Source: Lama guanicoe (lineage: Eukaryota). From it: a DNA stretch of 64,000 bases. Positions 60,451-64,000 of the stretch are shown piece after piece (the stretch's first letter is position 1; each line of letters opens with the position of its first letter). Made by a program: the position numbers and the translations under genes. The notes beneath the pieces were generated by a model, which saw nothing but the letters and a program-made list of their open reading frames with translations, ran no database searches and had not been told where the DNA came from. The stretch lies in assembly GCA_013239625.1 (NCBI GenBank), contig MU054001.1, positions 933,884 to 997,883 of the forward strand, read 5' to 3'.

Positions 60451-61739
60451 TACTTGAGGAAAGCTAAGGAGTCAGGGGAACAAAACATCTCTGACCTTTG
60501 GAAGCTGACATCAGAGAAGGAGATTACCGTGTTCCTTCTCGGAGTCTGCCAGTCATCACTTAGTCCTTTTCTTAAAGGTCCTTGTATCCCTTAATAACCC
60601 ATCTCAGGCTATTCCATCATTAATGGCTAAGAAAGATCAACCTCCGGCCTATCGAAATCCTTCATCTTCTCTCCTGCCTGGAGTTTAAAAATAAGAATTT
60701 TGAATCCTTGACTTCTTATATTTATTAATGTAAAAAGAAGGGAGGACAGTTAGAGTGGGGGGAAGACCCCCAAAACTCACTCTGAATATTGATTTTCAGT
60801 CATCTTCCCAGAGGAAATTTGAATTCTGGAACTTTTAGCAACACATGCTTAGCATCCATCCTTCGAAAAGGACATAAGTCCACAAGACACCCTCCTGCTT
60901 TCAATGGATCCTGAGTAATATAAGTTTTATTAAGACAATGTTCACTCAATATACAAGCTTGTATGACCTCTCTCCAGAGGCCTCTTCCATAACAGGGCAT
61001 CTCACAAGGTCACCGGCACCAAACAGCCCAAAGTTTCTGGGTACTTTGGTCACACAACGGATAAAGCAGGAGACCTCTCTCTGGACGTCAGCATCTCAAG
61101 GCCCTCTACTGAACGTGTTAACTTTCTCAGTTGTGATGGAGAAGGGGGAGCATCCAGAAAAGCCTGTCACTTCTCGAGAGAGACAGCATCTCTTATCCAA
61201 TCCATCGTGCTTTATTTATGCAAGAAATGAACGAGAGACAGGAAGGGATTCGCCCAAAGCTGCAAAGTTACCGAGGAGCACGGCTGGGATTAGAAGGCTG
61301 GGAGAGCGCCGGCCACTCCCTCCTGCTCCTTCCTCTCTACACGGAGAGCACTTTTGCCACCTTATAAGGGGCAGTTGATGGGTCACAGGGTCTAGGAAGA
61401 TTCTTCTCATGAAGATGGAATCCCTGAACTTCCAGTCTGGAGAAACAAGGGAACGGAACACCTCTTCTGGATTTTGAGGTCTTTGTCTTGTGTGTGTTAA
61501 GAGTTAAACCTTTGGACAGATGTGAGCTCTTCTGGGGCTTTCCACAAGCTCTCCAACTGCCTAGCAAGACTCTTCCAAAAATGCCCTCCTTAATTATGCA
61601 GAAAGCGTCTCTCTTGCTAGGTTGCCAAATAATATCACAGGGACTAAAGCAAAACCGGGGCTTGTTTTCCTCTTTCCTTAACTGTACATCCTTACTTGGT
61701 TTTAAATTTCTCCATTCTCCCTGGGTATTGGCAACACTG

Positions 61740-62020
61740 GATTAGTAATGCTAAAAAATTTATCTTTACAACCTATTGTCTTAGGTAAGATTGTATCAAC
61801 AGCTCCAGATGGACCAATCTCTAAGAATAATTTCACTTCCCCTTATCACTGACAGGAATCACATTTACATATTCTACTGGTGGGCGAGATAATGCAGAGA
61901 TGATTAATGTCCCTCGATGTACAGATACCTGTAGACTGTTTGATCAATGTCTCCCCAAGAAAGTGTCTTTCATTCTGGAAGCTCGAAGTCCAAAAGCGCA
62001 CTGTGATTAATGTAACTTAA
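61740..62020. promoter_or_regulatory. Candidate enhancer: twin PBX-HOX sites plus MEIS, GATA and SOX sites
   Basis: TGATTAATGT at 61901-61910 and 62004-62013, TGACAG 61850-61855, CTTATC 61842-61847, AGATAA 61887-61892, CTATTGT ~61773. Confidence 0.5.
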
Positions 62021-62489
62021 TGTTTGGGGTCGGCAGAAGCTGCAGGCTCTGTCCCTGTGTCCCTCTTCACACTAAAGAGAGGTCACAGGAGACCGAATTA
62101 GTCATGCGGAGAAAAAGCCTGTGGGGTGCTTGCATTGGGGAGGGGGGAAGATTTCAAATGTCCCCTTCAAGAAAGAAGCAGAATATCCCCTGGAATTGCT
62201 CCTCGGGAAACAATGAGACGTTGGGTCTTTTCATGCAAATACCGCTCCCATTTTGAAAACCAAATGGACCTGAGTCTGCGTATTGTTTTGGAGTTGGGAG
62301 GCTATTCTGATTTATTTCACGCATTTGTGAACCAGAAATATCTGGCTTCTCCAAGTTCTCCCTTAGAGAGGCACTAGCACCAGCTGGAATGATGAACAAA
62401 AGGCATGAAGGGGAGATAGATACTGTAGGTTGTTTTCTTAATCCTCCAGACTTACTTAAACATTTCCTCTGAGATGCCTTGGGTGATGA

Positions 62490-62785
62490 TTGAAAGTTGG
62501 GGTATCAGCGCCTGGAGCCCAGATAGCTGAGAGGTTAGACAGAGACTCTGAGGCCAGCCTGAATTGCCTTAAGTCCCATCTCTTCCTTAAGCTGGGTGAC
62601 CCCGGAGCACCTTCCAAACCCTCCGGTGCCTCAGTTTACTCATCTGGAACCTGGGGGCAATTACCGTAATTACCCTTAGGGTTGCTGGCAAGCTTAAATG
62701 AGGAAAGGTTTTCTGTGCACTTAATTCAGTGCTTGGCACTTAAAAGAATTCAAGAGATTCTTGCTATTGGTATTGTCATTATTAA
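62490..62785 (+). mobile_element. MIR SINE
   Basis: gctgggtgacc...gtgcctcagtttactcatctgg...cagtgcttggcactta...gctattggtatt. Confidence 0.85.
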
Positions 62786-63267
62786 TTCTAAAAATAGCTT
62801 GTGGAACTATCTCATATTCATGCCTGTCTCGTGCACGCTCCAGGCCAACAATGAGGTGAGGTTTTCTTCAGGTCCTGCCTGGCTAGGTTCCTCCTGCAAG
62901 GAGACCTATTTTCCAGTGGAAAATATTTTTAAGGAAATTATATTCAACTCAAGTACATTTACATAATAATATGCATATCTAAAACCTGACTAAGCCAGGC
63001 TGCCCCTAGCTGTGGGAGCAGAGGAGGCCATATTTAAGAATACAAATTACTTGAGGAATATGTTTCTGCGCCCTGGACTGCTCCCAAGGAACACACGTGG
63101 GCTGTGATTAAATGGCAAAACTGGACGATACCAGAGGAATTAAGAAGAAAGAGAACCCAGAACTGCACATAGTGGTCCAATCTAGAAGATGGAGTTTGGA
63201 AAGGATGAGCCTGCGATGGGAGTGGTGGGGATTTCTCAAGGAGAGAGTAGGTCCTGGGAGAATCATC

Positions 63268-63470
63268 TGAATCATTCATTCAGATATTCAACAAACTTTT
63301 ATCAAATGCCAGGGACAGTTCTAGGTGTTGGAATAACATACTTAACAGGTCAGACCTAGTTTCTGCTTTCATCAGGTTTACATCCCAGCGGAGAGAACAG
63401 ACGGGACCAGCAAACCTTTCTTATCTTTATAAGGTCATTTCAGCCAGACATAAATGCAGTGAGGAAAACG
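63268..63470 (-). mobile_element. L2 3' end
   Basis: tcattcattcagatattcaacaaacttttatcaaatgccagggacagttctaggtgttggaataac. Confidence 0.8.
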
Positions 63471-64000
63471 AAGCCCACCTTGCTCCCCTCTCTCAGAGCA
63501 ATGAGATGCTTCACAGAGAAGCTGCTTGAAGGCATCTGAGGACATGGATGCTTCTCTCCTTTTTTCCATTCTGTATGACTGGAAAAATCATACCCTTGCT
63601 GGAGCCTTTTTCTCTTTAGAATGTGAGACCCATCATTCTAAGCCCCCAGCATGGAATTCTCTGAAAGGCAGGTCATCCAATAGTTACCTAATCCAGCCCA
63701 GTGCAGCAAACACGCAGTATGTCTGTTGCCCAGTTCCCAGGTCCTGAGCCCATGGCAGGCATCACCAATCCATTGCGATATTGCCTCAGACACAGTCTAA
63801 CTCCAGGCAGACCCTATCAATCAATCAGAGTGAGCACTAGTGGCCTAGCCTTTGGCCTCTACACAAGATGAGATTATGGACGACTAAGAAGATATGCACT
63901 TTCCTTGCTCATTGACACAGTCAGAAGATGTAGTTACTACATTACACAAGACAGGGAGAGACTGCTACATGATTCAGCTATTCTTACATACTATCCTTAC

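Overview
Mammalian nuclear DNA, most likely a camelid (alpaca/llama/camel). The evidence is three copies of a tRNA-derived vic-1-like SINE and two young L1 3' ends; I saw no Alu, Bov-tA/BovB, PRE-1 or SINEC elements. I found no recognisable protein-coding gene, rRNA, true tRNA, CRISPR array or prokaryotic system. The listed ORFs are chance ORFs or decayed L1/L2 fragments. The window looks like a gene desert or very large intron. It is densely filled with ancient repeats: MIR, L2, L3/CR1, L1M, MaLR/ERVL solo LTRs and hAT DNA transposons. Between them lie repeat-free blocks (about 6.5-8.8, 10.8-11.2, 16.3-16.5, 26.9-28.6, 32.6-33.5, 42.9-43.7, 46.3-47.3, 49.1-49.4 and 61.7-62.0 kb). Several carry homeodomain, PBX-HOX, MEIS/PBX, HNF1, SOX, GATA or FOX motifs and resemble conserved non-coding enhancers of a developmental regulator outside the window. 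I cannot name the locus. Repeat subfamily names come from recalled consensus sequences, not a RepeatMasker run, and most repeat boundaries are approximate (tens of bp). Conservation and enhancer activity are inferred, not measured. The best leads are: a perfect HNF1 palindrome, a twin PBX-HOX plus MEIS module, a frame-preserving 69-nt candidate exon, G-rich 5' extensions on the SINEs, and an unexplained poly(A)-tailed insertion inside an old LTR.
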